Virus record (IMG/VR): IMGVR_UViG_2772190730_000001
Location: 12,618 to 76,617 of that record
DNA: 64,000 nt
Reading direction: 5' to 3' (one strand)
Source of the DNA: a virus
Lineage: Duplodnaviria > Caudoviricetes
Made by a program: the position numbers and the translations under genes
The notes under the pieces: model-generated
Databases searched by the model: none
Told to the model about the DNA's origin: nothing
The model's input: only the letters and a program-made list of their open reading frames with translations
Shown here: positions 26,940 through 35,340 of the stretch, piece by piece
How positions within the stretch are numbered: the stretch's first letter is position 1
How the letters are laid out: each line of letters starts with the position of its first letter

Positions 26940-27581
26940 TCACGGAGCGGCCCACGCCCCGATGCGGGACGGCTCTCCTTCGGGAGCGGTGATTCCGGGG
27001 ACCGCGGGCCATGCCTTCACCCGCAGTTCCACGCGGAGCTCGGGGACCGGGTAGCCGTCGGTGACGTCCGCGACGTAGCCGTCTGTGGTGAGCAGGTGGG
27101 TGAGGCGACGGTAGGCGTCTTCGACGGCTTCGGTGATCGCGCGGTGCAGGGCGCCGGGGCGGCTCAGGTACTCCAGTGGTGGGAGCGGGTGCATGGTGGC
27201 CGCGGTGCGCGCGTCGAGGGCCATGGGTTCGCTGGTTCCGCCGGTGAGGTGGTCGCCGTTGCGGGTCAGGGTGCCGGTGGCGCTGAGGTAGTGGAGGCGG
27301 TACTCGGCCGGTCGGATGGCCAGTGTGCTGACGGGGAGCTCGGGGAGTTTGCCTCGTAGGTGGTCTGCGGTCGTTCGGCCGGTGGGGAGTTCGGTGTCTT
27401 CGCCGAGCCAGGCGAGGATTTCGGCGAGGCCTTCGCGGACGATCGCGCGGCCTTCGGCCTGGGCGTCGGTGAGGGGCCGGGTGCCGATGAGGATGACGCT
27501 GTGTCCGTCGGCGTCAATGACGTGCGCGATGTGCCCGTCCTGAAGGGCTTCGGTCGTGGCCAGGCTGGCCGTAGCAGTCAT
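26940..27581 (-). CDS. Hypothetical protein (leaderless cassette)
   Basis: 213 aa; TACGCT-GAGCGC-ATG upstream. Confidence 0.65.
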   Translation of the reverse strand: MTATASLATTEALQDGHIAHVIDADGHSVILIGTRPLTDAQAEGRAIVREGLAEILAWLGEDTELPTGRTTADHLRGKLPELPVSTLAIRPAEYRLHYLSATGTLTRNGDHLTGGTSEPMALDARTAATMHPLPPLEYLSRPGALHRAITEAVEDAYRRLTHLLTTDGYVADVTDGYPVPELRVELRVKAWPAVPGITAPEGEPSRIGAWAAP

Positions 27582-27605
27582 GCGCTCAGCGTAGGGCGGG
27601 TGGTG

Positions 27606-27920
27606 TCATTCGCGGTCGTAGCTGAGGCCGAGCCAGGTGAAGGGGACGTCGGGCCCGATGATGCGGAGCACCTTGTCGGTGGCGCCCTGGAGGACGCCAA
27701 CGGGGTTGGCCGGGTCGCGGTGTTCGGCCGGGTCGGAACTCAGGGCTACGCCTTCGAAGTCGGCGAGCACGTGGCTGCGTTCGGCCGTGGCGTCGATGCC
27801 GAGCAGGATGTGCTCTCGTTCCGCGGCCTGACTCCAGCTGGCGAGGTCGAGCGGGGCCGACGTTTCGATGCGCACGTGAGCGGTCCAGCGCAACGCCATC
27901 GGTTCGGGCGCGGTGGTCAT
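27606..27920 (-). CDS. Hypothetical protein (leaderless cassette)
   Basis: 104 aa; TAGCCT-GAGCCC-ATG upstream. Confidence 0.65.
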   Translation of the reverse strand: MTTAPEPMALRWTAHVRIETSAPLDLASWSQAAEREHILLGIDATAERSHVLADFEGVALSSDPAEHRDPANPVGVLQGATDKVLRIIGPDVPFTWLGLSYDRE

Positions 27921-27929
27921 GGGCTCAGG

Positions 27930-28109
27930 CTACGTGCGGGTGAGGTTGCGGTCCCAGAACCCGCCGGGGTGGTGGCGTGGGAGGCGGCCTGCTGTGTGCA
28001 GTCGCTGGATCTCGGCCTCGGCGTCGTCGCGGATCCGCCGGGCCACGATGGGACCGACTATTTGGAACTGTCGGCGTAGCCAGCTCATCACCATCACGCC
28101 TGCATCCAT
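27930..28109 (-). CDS. Small hypothetical protein
   Basis: MDAGVMVMSWLRRQF..., AGAGGA RBS, overlaps the upstream stop. Confidence 0.45.
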   Translation of the reverse strand: MDAGVMVMSWLRRQFQIVGPIVARRIRDDAEAEIQRLHTAGRLPRHHPGGFWDRNLTRT

Positions 28110-28513
28110 TCCTCTTGCCAGCCCGGCCGACCCCGGTAGGGCTGGGCCATGAGGCGCAGCACGTCGTCGATGGCCTCCTCGTAGCCGGACGTGTGGCTTT
28201 CGCACACGGCGGTGTCGCTCCATTTCGCGAGCACGGCCTTTTTGGCAACGATCTCGGCCAGGACCCGGGTGGGCTGCCATGCCGTGATGTGGCGGGCGTC
28301 TGCCTCCGTGACATTGCCGCCATCGCCTGTAAACAGGCAGCTGGTGAGCTGGTGCCCTGGCCGGAGGCTGCTCTCCGCCTCAACCCGCAGCGGCGTCCGC
28401 CACGTCCAAGTGCCCGATGACGCGGCGCGAGCAACCTGCTCGTCAGCGTCCACCTGCGCGCGGAGCCAGCCGAGCAGGGTGACGGGCGGCGCGTCGGCGG
28501 CTCGGTGGATCAT
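28094..28513 (-). CDS. DUF6221-like actinophage protein (leaderless cassette)
   Basis: WLRAQVDADEQVARAA...RHITAWQPTRVLAEIVAKK...LRLMAQPYRGRPGWQEEW; TACTCT-TGAGCGC-ATG upstream. Confidence 0.7.
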   Translation of the reverse strand: MIHRAADAPPVTLLGWLRAQVDADEQVARAASSGTWTWRTPLRVEAESSLRPGHQLTSCLFTGDGGNVTEADARHITAWQPTRVLAEIVAKKAVLAKWSDTAVCESHTSGYEEAIDDVLRLMAQPYRGRPGWQEEWMQA

Positions 28514-28532
28514 GCGCTCAAGAGTAGGCCGA

Positions 28533-28961
28533 TCAGGTCGCCGTGACCTTGATGCGCGAAGAGGGCGATCGGACCATCTGCTTAATCAGCATGTCGCGTC
28601 GTAGTTCTTCGGCGAGTTCCGCCTGAGCGCAGTCCCGGAGGCTGGTCACCGTCCCCTGCTGCCATGGGTTGGCTTGCAGCCATGCGTCCAAGATTCCAAG
28701 GTCCGCTTTCGCTTCCCGGCGCTGGTTTACCCAGACGCCGGGTTCCTCGAGCGCCAGCTTCAGGAGCGGGTCCCACTGGTAGGCGTCCATAGCCACGACG
28801 CCAGCGCGTTCGGTCCGGGTGCCTCGGTTCGCGGTGATCGAGCAGCTGGTGATGCCGAATGCGAGGCCGTGGTAGCGGACCTCGGCGTTGGGGTTGGCGT
28901 CGAGGTACTCGCGCAACGCCGGACGCTTGTCGAGGAACTGGGTCACGACGTCAGCGGTCAT
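28533..28961 (-). CDS. Hypothetical protein (leaderless cassette)
   Basis: 142 aa; TACGCT-GAGTGC-ATG upstream. Confidence 0.65.
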   Translation of the reverse strand: MTADVVTQFLDKRPALREYLDANPNAEVRYHGLAFGITSCSITANRGTRTERAGVVAMDAYQWDPLLKLALEEPGVWVNQRREAKADLGILDAWLQANPWQQGTVTSLRDCAQAELAEELRRDMLIKQMVRSPSSRIKVTAT

Positions 28962-28979
28962 GCACTCAGCGTAGGGCTG

Positions 28980-29306
28980 TCAGGTGCCCCAGATCCGGCG
29001 GGCGAGCCGGGTTACGAGCTGGCGGTTGCGGCTGCAGCAGCTGCGGTGGGTCCAGGCCCACCGCAGCTGGTCGTGGGTGGGGCAGTAGCCGCGCAGCCCG
29101 ACCCGGTAGGCGAGGTGGACTACTGCGGCCCGCCAGTAGCCCGGGCTAGTCCACCAGGGCCACCGGGAGCTCCGGGCTGGGATCGGGGGCTCGTGGAGTT
29201 CGGGCCGATCGCAACAGGTTTCGAAGCCGCCGCACGTGGGGCATTCGTTTTCGCCGGATGCAGGGCACCAGTAGACCTGCGGGTGCGTGCACAGGGCCTG
29301 GTCCAT
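28980..29306 (-). CDS. Cys-rich hypothetical protein (leaderless cassette)
   Basis: 108 aa, CPTCGG/CC motifs; TACCCT-GAGCGC-ATG upstream. Confidence 0.6.
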   Translation of the reverse strand: MDQALCTHPQVYWCPASGENECPTCGGFETCCDRPELHEPPIPARSSRWPWWTSPGYWRAAVVHLAYRVGLRGYCPTHDQLRWAWTHRSCCSRNRQLVTRLARRIWGT

Positions 29307-29388
29307 GCGCTCAGGGTAGGGCTGGGGGTGGGCTCGGGTCCGCCCCTCCGGTACGTGGGCGGTCCCGAGCCGCGTGGCAACGCGCTGG

Positions 29389-29730
29389 TCAGGCTACCGG
29401 CCGCTGCACGTCGGGTCTTGGTGGGCCAGGGCTGACGTCGGGGTCGACCCGGTAGGGGGCCTCGAAGCCGGTGGGGTCTGCTGGCCCGGTGTAGGGGGTG
29501 CCGGGTTCGCGGATGTCTCGGGTGGGGATGGGGTCGGTGCGTACCCCGATGCCTGAGCCTGCGTCCCAGAGGATGAGGGTGGTTTCTGCGGCGTCGCCTA
29601 TGGCCCAGGCTTGGACGTCGCGGGCGAGGTGCATGCTGCGCCACCAGAGTCGGGCGATGACGGGGCGGGGCTGGCAGGGGGTGATGTCGCCGGCGGGCAT
29701 GGAGCGGAGGATGCGGGGGACGCTGGGCAT
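29389..29730 (-). CDS. Hypothetical protein
   Basis: 113 aa, AGGAG RBS. Confidence 0.5.
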   Translation of the reverse strand: MPSVPRILRSMPAGDITPCQPRPVIARLWWRSMHLARDVQAWAIGDAAETTLILWDAGSGIGVRTDPIPTRDIREPGTPYTGPADPTGFEAPYRVDPDVSPGPPRPDVQRPVA

Positions 29731-29888
29731 GGGAGCTCCTACTGGTGCCCCGCAGGCGCCGGTCTGCGGGGTGTGGGCTCGACCCGGGTCCGAGGCTATC
29801 GGTGGGCTGGGGGGTGCGCTTCGGCCGTCTGGGCGACACGTCGTTGGACGGTCGGCCTGGTGGAGGGGTGGGGTGGCACGGTGTGGGG

Positions 29889-30137
29889 ATGCCTCGCCCT
29901 GAGCATCGGCCGTCCGCGCGGTACCTGGCGTTGATGAACGGCCAGTACGACGTGATCCGGGAGCGGGCGTGGGATGGGCAACTGCTGTTGGAGTACGGCG
30001 ACGAGGGCTGGGTGGCGCAGGTCGCGGTCCGGCCGCCGGGTGCGCATGACCGGTGGGTGTCGGGTGAGGACGTGACGCTGGAGCTCGCGGTGGCCGCGCT
30101 GGAGCGGTCCCTCGGGCTGCCGAAGTGGTCCGGGTGA
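29889..30137 (+). CDS. Hypothetical protein
   Basis: MPRPEHRPSARYLALMNGQYDV..., 82 aa, ordinary globular composition. Confidence 0.5.
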   Translation: MPRPEHRPSARYLALMNGQYDVIRERAWDGQLLLEYGDEGWVAQVAVRPPGAHDRWVSGEDVTLELAVAALERSLGLPKWSG

Positions 30138-30192
30138 ACGTGAGGCGGCCCCAGCGCCGCGCGAGCGGGACCGGGGCCTCCTGGGATCGAGC

Positions 30193-30369
30193 TTAGATGA
30201 ACGAGTTGAATCGGGCGCCGGTCACCGGATGCTCGCCGCTGTCTTCGGCCTTTCGGCGGTCCTGGGCCCGTTGGAGCCAGGTGTCCGGCTGGGTCTGAGG
30301 TGCGGGCGTCTCGGGTGGCGTCATGAGTTTGATTATCGGTGCTGCCGTCGGCTTCACCGGCCTGGACAT
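30193..30369 (-). CDS. Small hypothetical protein (start uncertain)
   Basis: MSRPVKPTAAPIIKLM...ARFNSFI. Confidence 0.35.
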   Translation of the reverse strand: MSRPVKPTAAPIIKLMTPPETPAPQTQPDTWLQRAQDRRKAEDSGEHPVTGARFNSFI

Positions 30370-30462
30370 GCCTCGGCCCCGGTGCGCCGGGGGTGAAGGG
30401 CGCGGCCGGGGCCGAGGCGATGCGGTCTGACCGGGCCGCATGGGGGTGATGCTCAACCGACG

Positions 30463-30621
30463 CTACCCGCCGGTCCGGTCGCTGTCCGGGGAATCGGGTA
30501 GCGGCTGGAGCTTGCCTGCCCGGTGGAGCCGGACAACCTCGGCCGCCAGCTTCTCGGCGAACGCGGCCAGCGCCTGCTCGCGCGGCACGGGCTCTCGGCT
30601 CATCGGCCAGGTGCTGGTCAT
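30463..30621 (-). CDS. Small hypothetical protein (52 aa)
   Basis: Hand-translated MTSTWPMSREPVPREQALAAFAEKLAAEVVRLH; ATGA overlap. Confidence 0.4.
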   Translation of the reverse strand: MTSTWPMSREPVPREQALAAFAEKLAAEVVRLHRAGKLQPLPDSPDSDRTGG

Positions 30622-30791
30622 GCTCGGTCCTGGTGCCAGGACCAGATGAGGCCGACGCCGAGCATCGCGGTCGAGAAGAGCCCGGCCGCTGCTGCTCCGG
30701 CGGCCACCAGCGCTCCGGGCCCGGGCGGCAGGTGAGGGGCGAGCAGGAGAGCGACGATCGAGGCCACGAGGGTCCAGAGGCAGGCGCGCAC
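30618..30791 (-). CDS. Small membrane protein
   Basis: Hand-translated, two hydrophobic stretches, coupled to the next gene. Confidence 0.4.
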   Translation of the reverse strand: MRACLWTLVASIVALLLAPHLPPGPGALVAAGAAAAGLFSTAMLGVGLIWSWHQDRA

Positions 30792-30795
30792 CCGG

Positions 30796-30969
30796 TCAGG
30801 GTGCCGGGTTGGGCTCCGGCGCTGAGGTGCTTTCCTCGGCGGGTGCAGTGGGCATCCACTGGGAGCACGCCTCGAGGTAGGTGCCGATCTTGGGGCGGTG
30901 GCCCCGGAACTCGGGCCGCCAGTGGCACTCCTCGCACTGCGGGCCGAGGATCTCGTCAGCGTCAGTCAC
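30796..30969 (-). CDS. Small CxxC protein
   Basis: MTDADEILGPQCEECHW...EACSQW. Confidence 0.4.
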   Translation of the reverse strand: MTDADEILGPQCEECHWRPEFRGHRPKIGTYLEACSQWMPTAPAEESTSAPEPNPAP

Positions 30970-30995
30970 CCGAGCATCATCACACCGCAGCCAGG

Positions 30996-31358
30996 TCAGG
31001 CCCGGCGGGGGGCCAGCGCATCCAGGTGCGCCTTCCACCGGTCCCCATCAGGGTTGGCCAGCCAGGTGAGCGAGAGGTACACGCCATCGGCCCAGGGGTC
31101 ACCGCTCTTGCGTGCCTTGCCGGCGGCCATGAACTCCAGCAGGAGGTCGTGGGTCGTTCCCTCGACCTCGAGGTGCCGGGCCGGCGAGAGCTGGACCTGA
31201 CCGTTGGCCCACTCCATCGCTTCGACGGCGCCGCCCATGGCGATCCGCTCGGCCCTTGTGGCTGGCATCGCGAAGTAGGACTGAACGCCGCGCATGAGGT
31301 GCTGCCAGCGGGCGGCAAACTCGGCCTCGCTGCGGTCTACCCCCGGGCGTAGTGCCAT
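30996..31358 (-). CDS. Hypothetical protein
   Basis: 120 aa from ATG 31358, helical composition. Confidence 0.5.
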   Translation of the reverse strand: MALRPGVDRSEAEFAARWQHLMRGVQSYFAMPATRAERIAMGGAVEAMEWANGQVQLSPARHLEVEGTTHDLLLEFMAAGKARKSGDPWADGVYLSLTWLANPDGDRWKAHLDALAPRRA

Positions 31359-31387
31359 GCCACCAGCATCGCACTGCCCACCGACAA

Positions 31388-31430
31388 AGTGCAGGCCCCG
31401 GCCGGCGGATAGCCGAACGGGGCCTGCACT
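31388..31430 (-). terminator. GC-rich hairpin, probable intrinsic terminator
   Basis: Perfect 13-bp stem agtgcaggccccg/cggggcctgcact just past the stop at 31437, followed by a short T run on the minus strand. Confidence 0.55.
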
Positions 31431-31436
31431 CACAGG

Positions 31437-31919
31437 TCAGGGGGTCTGCGTGTGCCCGGTGACGTGGACCGTTTCAGGCTGGTGGTCGTACACCGTGAGG
31501 TCGACCTGCTGCGGGGTGGTCGCGGCGACCACCGCCCGGTCCAGGCGGTCCTCGGCTGTTAGAGCGTCCACGATCGCCTCGGCCACGGCCAGGTCCTCAT
31601 CGTGCCGCTCAGGCCAGTAGTCGTGACCGTCCAGGCCGTCCTCTCCGGGCGCCTCGTACACCGCGGCGCGGTCGTCCGTGGGAAGGCCCACGTTGGCCAA
31701 CTGGTCGATGACGAGTGCGTCTTCCTGGTCGCGTTCCTGGCAGTACTGAGTTTCGGCGGCTTCCTGGGCGCTTTCGACCTGCTCGTAGTAGTAATCATCA
31801 GTGTCGATGTACTCCGGGTGGTCCGGGTGGTATTCGACTCGACCGCCGTGCAGACGCGAATAGTCGCCCATGGGCCCGTCCTGCCAGCCTTCCGGAACCT
31901 CAGGCCGCTGCTCGCTCAT
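31437..31919 (-). CDS. Highly acidic hypothetical protein
   Basis: 160 aa; hand count about 39 D+E, 8 R, no K. Confidence 0.65.
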   Translation of the reverse strand: MSEQRPEVPEGWQDGPMGDYSRLHGGRVEYHPDHPEYIDTDDYYYEQVESAQEAAETQYCQERDQEDALVIDQLANVGLPTDDRAAVYEAPGEDGLDGHDYWPERHDEDLAVAEAIVDALTAEDRLDRAVVAATTPQQVDLTVYDHQPETVHVTGHTQTP

Positions 31920-32260
31920 CGGATCACCACCGCAGCTTCTCGGGCGGCCAGGGCCTGATCGCGCTGCGCCTTGACCTCAGCCACGTGCGCCTCCAGGTCG
32001 GCATCGACCCTGACCTGGCACAGCTGAACCTTGGACAGCACCGGCGGCACTGATCCTGCGTACGGGTTCGGCATGAACCGGTGTGACCAGCGAGCGTTGA
32101 TTTGCTGCTGGATGGAGCACCGCTGCTTAGGGGTGAACCTGCTGGCGTTTGCGGGACGGGTGTCGTTGATCTTCTGGTGCGCGATGTAGCACCCGACGAG
32201 GCCGCAGAAGATCAGGGCCACCAAAGCGGCGGAAAGAATGATGCTTCCGAGCGCGCTCAT
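31916..32260 (-). CDS. Membrane-anchored hypothetical protein
   Basis: N-terminal TM helix; coupled to both neighbours by overlaps. Confidence 0.6.
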   Translation of the reverse strand: MSALGSIILSAALVALIFCGLVGCYIAHQKINDTRPANASRFTPKQRCSIQQQINARWSHRFMPNPYAGSVPPVLSKVQLCQVRVDADLEAHVAEVKAQRDQALAAREAAVVIR

Positions 32261-32880
32261 CGGGACCTCACCCCATCGAGCTGCACGAGCCCTGGGGCCG
32301 GGACGCCCTCGGCCCCCCGGAACGTGACCCACCACTCGGCGACCTCCATGAGGGTCAGCTCCGGTGGGTCGGTCAGCTGGAAGCAGACTGCATGCTCCAG
32401 GGACGTAGCGTCCCGGTGCCGTGTCTCATCGCAGTGCGTCATGGCCTCGGTGATCCCGTCGATGATCGGCCGGCGGGCTTGCACCAGCCATCCGGTCATC
32501 AGCGCTGGCGCCGCCGGGGAGTCGCAGGCGGCCTTCCAGGTTGCCCTCATGGCGCGGAGATCTTCGACGACCCGGGGGTGCAGGGGCCAGCACGGTGAAA
32601 GCTTGGGATGATGGTGAAGCCAGACGGTACCGACCCACTGCCACGTCTCGACGAGGACGTCTGCCGCCTTCTGCGGGTCGGTCATGGTCAGCCACTCCGG
32701 GGTGGCAGCTCCCTCTTCGGATGTGGTGGCCGCGCCTCGTTCCTGCAGCGTCGCGAGGCTGTTCATTGCCTTCGTCAACTGCCGGGTGAGGACCTGCATG
32801 GTCTTTTCGGTTGCGCTCTGCCGGGAAGCGATTCCGTTCACCTGCACGCCGAGCTGGTCGAGTTTCGTCTGCTCACTCAT
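32257..32880 (-). CDS. DUF4913-like protein (typical neighbour of actinobacterial coupling proteins)
   Basis: CWPLHPRVVEDLRAMRATWKAA...MTGW motif; directly downstream of the T4CP. Confidence 0.55.
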   Translation of the reverse strand: MSEQTKLDQLGVQVNGIASRQSATEKTMQVLTRQLTKAMNSLATLQERGAATTSEEGAATPEWLTMTDPQKAADVLVETWQWVGTVWLHHHPKLSPCWPLHPRVVEDLRAMRATWKAACDSPAAPALMTGWLVQARRPIIDGITEAMTHCDETRHRDATSLEHAVCFQLTDPPELTLMEVAEWWVTFRGAEGVPAPGLVQLDGVRSR

Positions 32881-34837
32881 GAGTGCCGACCTCCTCGGCT
32901 TCGAGCTCGGCCTGGTCGTCGTCCTGCCGTGGATCCGGCACCACGACATCCCGCGGCGGTGCCCAGCGCGGCGCGTGGTCGTGGTCGGCGTTGACGCCGT
33001 CGAGACGATGCGAGCGCTCCGACCCATCGCACACCGTGCACAGGGTCGCGGCCCGAACATCAGCCCGCTCGAATGACTTCGGAGTCGTCACCCGAACCGG
33101 CCGCATGCCGTTGACGATCATCAGTGCCTCGTGCGGCTTCATCTGCGAGATCGCAGCCTCGCTCATGGTGGCCACTGGACGGTCGTCGTCCGCGTCGAAC
33201 CGCTTCATCCGGCCACCTGTCAGCGTCGACAGCAGCGACAGGTCTTTCTCGCTCTTCGTGCCTCCGAGAACCGTGAGGACGCCTGCGTTTCCGGCGATGA
33301 CCTCAGCGGCGCCCGCGCCCCAGCCCATGTTCAGCTGAGCCAGGGACTGCAGGGTGATGACGCCCGGGATGCCGGCACCACCGTTGTCGCTGGTCCACTT
33401 CGCCAGGTCCACGCCCGGGCACGTCAGGAACGCCTCGTCCAGGGCCATCAGGAACGGCGGGTCCAGGCGGCCGCCGTCAGCGACCCGGATGGCCTGGAAC
33501 GCCAGCTCTGAGGTGAGCGCGTTCGTCAGCGGTGTGATCCCTGAATGATCCCGAGGGCACACCAGGTAGAGGGTGTCGGTGCCCGACCGGATCAGGTCGG
33601 CGATGTCGAGGAAGCGCGGGTCGTCCAGTGCGGCGTCACCGATCACGGCGGCCCCGGGGGACCGCAGCCACCGCAGTGCCTCGCTCATCGGGGACATGTA
33701 CCCGAACTTCTGCCGGCCATCCTGCTCCAGGGTGTCCTTCACCTTCCGGATCAGGTCGGCGTTGCCGTCGAGGTATTTCTTGATCAGCGCGGTCATCTCG
33801 AACACGGTGGTGCTCGTGTTCTCGCTCTCCACCCACCGGGCGACGTCCCGCAGTCGAAGGCCAGCAGCGGCTGCCACGTGCAGGAAGATCGGGAACCTCT
33901 CGCGGGCCTTCTCCGTCCAGGACGCCGACTCTCCCTGTGTCGAGGAGATCAGCTCACCAGCGCGCCGCTCCGCGGTGACCATGTCGGTGCAGCCCGCCAG
34001 CGGCGACCACCGGACCGTGCTCCTGATCGAGTCCAGGCCCAACGGATTGAAGATGACGATCCGGCCCCTGCTGCGCCGCATCGCTCCGGTGGTCTTCAGC
34101 AGGTCGACGCGCGTCGATGTCACTAGCGCAGACCCGGGGTGGTCGATGATCCGGCACGCGAGCTTGGTCGTCTTCCCCATCTGCGGTCCGCCCGTGCAGA
34201 TTTCCCAGAGCTTCAGCGAGGTGCGCAGGTCCTGGCGCCATGTGTACGGGCCTAGCTTCGCGCCGAGCGTGCCCTGATGCACTGACCAGTCGGTGGCCGG
34301 CAGGTCCCGCAGATTGCGGCCCTCCAGTGACGGGCGGAGCACGGCGGCGTCGGCCTGCAGCGCGGCGTTGTTCTCGCCGACGTCCATCCAGCTGGCCATG
34401 CCGTGGTTGTGATCGCTGTGCTCGTCGGCGCGCAGGATCACTTCGTCCGACGCCAGCGGCCGCACCAGCCGATCCCACAGCCACCATCCGATGACCCCGG
34501 TGGCCGTGCCGTACGCGACGAGCACCGACACGGTTGCGCTACCCAGCAGCAGGCCGGCGACCCAGGCCAGCACCCACACTGACCCACCGATCCGGGCCGG
34601 CCGATCGTGGCCGAAGAACCCCACGACCAGGAGCCCGACGAGTCCGGCCACGGGCCCGGCCAGCGCGGTAACGACCCAGGTCGTCGGTGAACCGATCAGG
34701 ATGCCGAGGCCCACGGCCAGGGTGGTCGAGGCGATGGCGGACCGGAGGGCAACGTCGGGGCGCCACAAAAAGCGAGCCTCGCGGGCCATAGCCCAGGGCG
34801 CGCAGGTACGGTTGAGCACGATGGTCTTCCTCTCCAA
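32873..34837 (-). CDS. VirD4/TraG-TraD-like type IV coupling protein
   Basis: N-terminal TM helices, GGPQMGKT (Walker A), FNPLG, LMALDEA (Walker B), TLQSLAQLNMGWG, AGNAGVLTVLGG. Confidence 0.88.
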   Translation of the reverse strand: MERKTIVLNRTCAPWAMAREARFLWRPDVALRSAIASTTLAVGLGILIGSPTTWVVTALAGPVAGLVGLLVVGFFGHDRPARIGGSVWVLAWVAGLLLGSATVSVLVAYGTATGVIGWWLWDRLVRPLASDEVILRADEHSDHNHGMASWMDVGENNAALQADAAVLRPSLEGRNLRDLPATDWSVHQGTLGAKLGPYTWRQDLRTSLKLWEICTGGPQMGKTTKLACRIIDHPGSALVTSTRVDLLKTTGAMRRSRGRIVIFNPLGLDSIRSTVRWSPLAGCTDMVTAERRAGELISSTQGESASWTEKARERFPIFLHVAAAAGLRLRDVARWVESENTSTTVFEMTALIKKYLDGNADLIRKVKDTLEQDGRQKFGYMSPMSEALRWLRSPGAAVIGDAALDDPRFLDIADLIRSGTDTLYLVCPRDHSGITPLTNALTSELAFQAIRVADGGRLDPPFLMALDEAFLTCPGVDLAKWTSDNGGAGIPGVITLQSLAQLNMGWGAGAAEVIAGNAGVLTVLGGTKSEKDLSLLSTLTGGRMKRFDADDDRPVATMSEAAISQMKPHEALMIVNGMRPVRVTTPKSFERADVRAATLCTVCDGSERSHRLDGVNADHDHAPRWAPPRDVVVPDPRQDDDQAELEAEEVGTHE

Positions 34838-34932
34838 GGGGGTTGCTCATCACTGGCGTGGTGGGGTGTCACGACCCCGCCACGCCGCTTTCGTTTGCGG
34901 CCGGTAGTCACGAGTACCGATCGCGAACGCTC

Positions 34933-35193
34933 TTACTCCCCGGTCTGCGGGGTCTTTCTCTTTCGGCCGGGCGGCCGCGGGCCGATCCCGACCTCGCGGG
35001 CGATTCGCCGAAGGTGCTGAATCGTGTAAACCCCCCGCTCCTCGAGCTGCTCCAGGGGCACACCACCGCGAATGGCGGCTTTCACCGCTTCCCGTTTTCG
35101 TTCGCTGGCGGCCTCGCTCTCTGCCGCAGCCGCCTCGGCTGCTACGACGGCCTCATCCACAGCCTTCATGAGGCGGTCCTGGTCGGTGGTCAC
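34933..35193 (-). CDS. Small putative DNA-binding protein (HTH-like; possible relaxosome accessory or regulator)
   Basis: 86 aa; AIRGGVPLEQLEERGVYTIQHLRRIAREVG; basic C-terminal tail. Confidence 0.55.
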   Translation of the reverse strand: MTTDQDRLMKAVDEAVVAAEAAAAESEAASERKREAVKAAIRGGVPLEQLEERGVYTIQHLRRIAREVGIGPRPPGRKRKTPQTGE

Positions 35194-35229
35194 ACGTCAT
35201 TGTCTCGATCTCCTCCTTCCGGGTGCCGG

Positions 35230-35325
35230 GATCACCGTACACGACAATGCGAACCCGATGTTCGTATTTCCGTGTACAGTCTCCCCCTGTCGGTGCGTGA
35301 CCACCGGCGCACTACACAGCGTCAC
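35230..35325. promoter_or_regulatory. Candidate oriT / divergent control region
   Basis: Intergenic between the divergent T4CP and relaxase operons, with nested inverted repeats. Minus strand CTGTGT^AGTGC resembles the F-type MOBF nic GGTGT^GGTGC. Confidence 0.4.
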
Positions 35326-35340
35326 TTGGAGGACGGGCAC

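Noticed and set aside
26940-29322. Repeated ~19-bp motif considered as a CRISPR array or as integron attC sites
   Set aside because: The spacers are whole 300-640 bp genes, the repeats are non-palindromic and degenerate, and there is no cas operon or integron integrase. A leaderless promoter explains it better.
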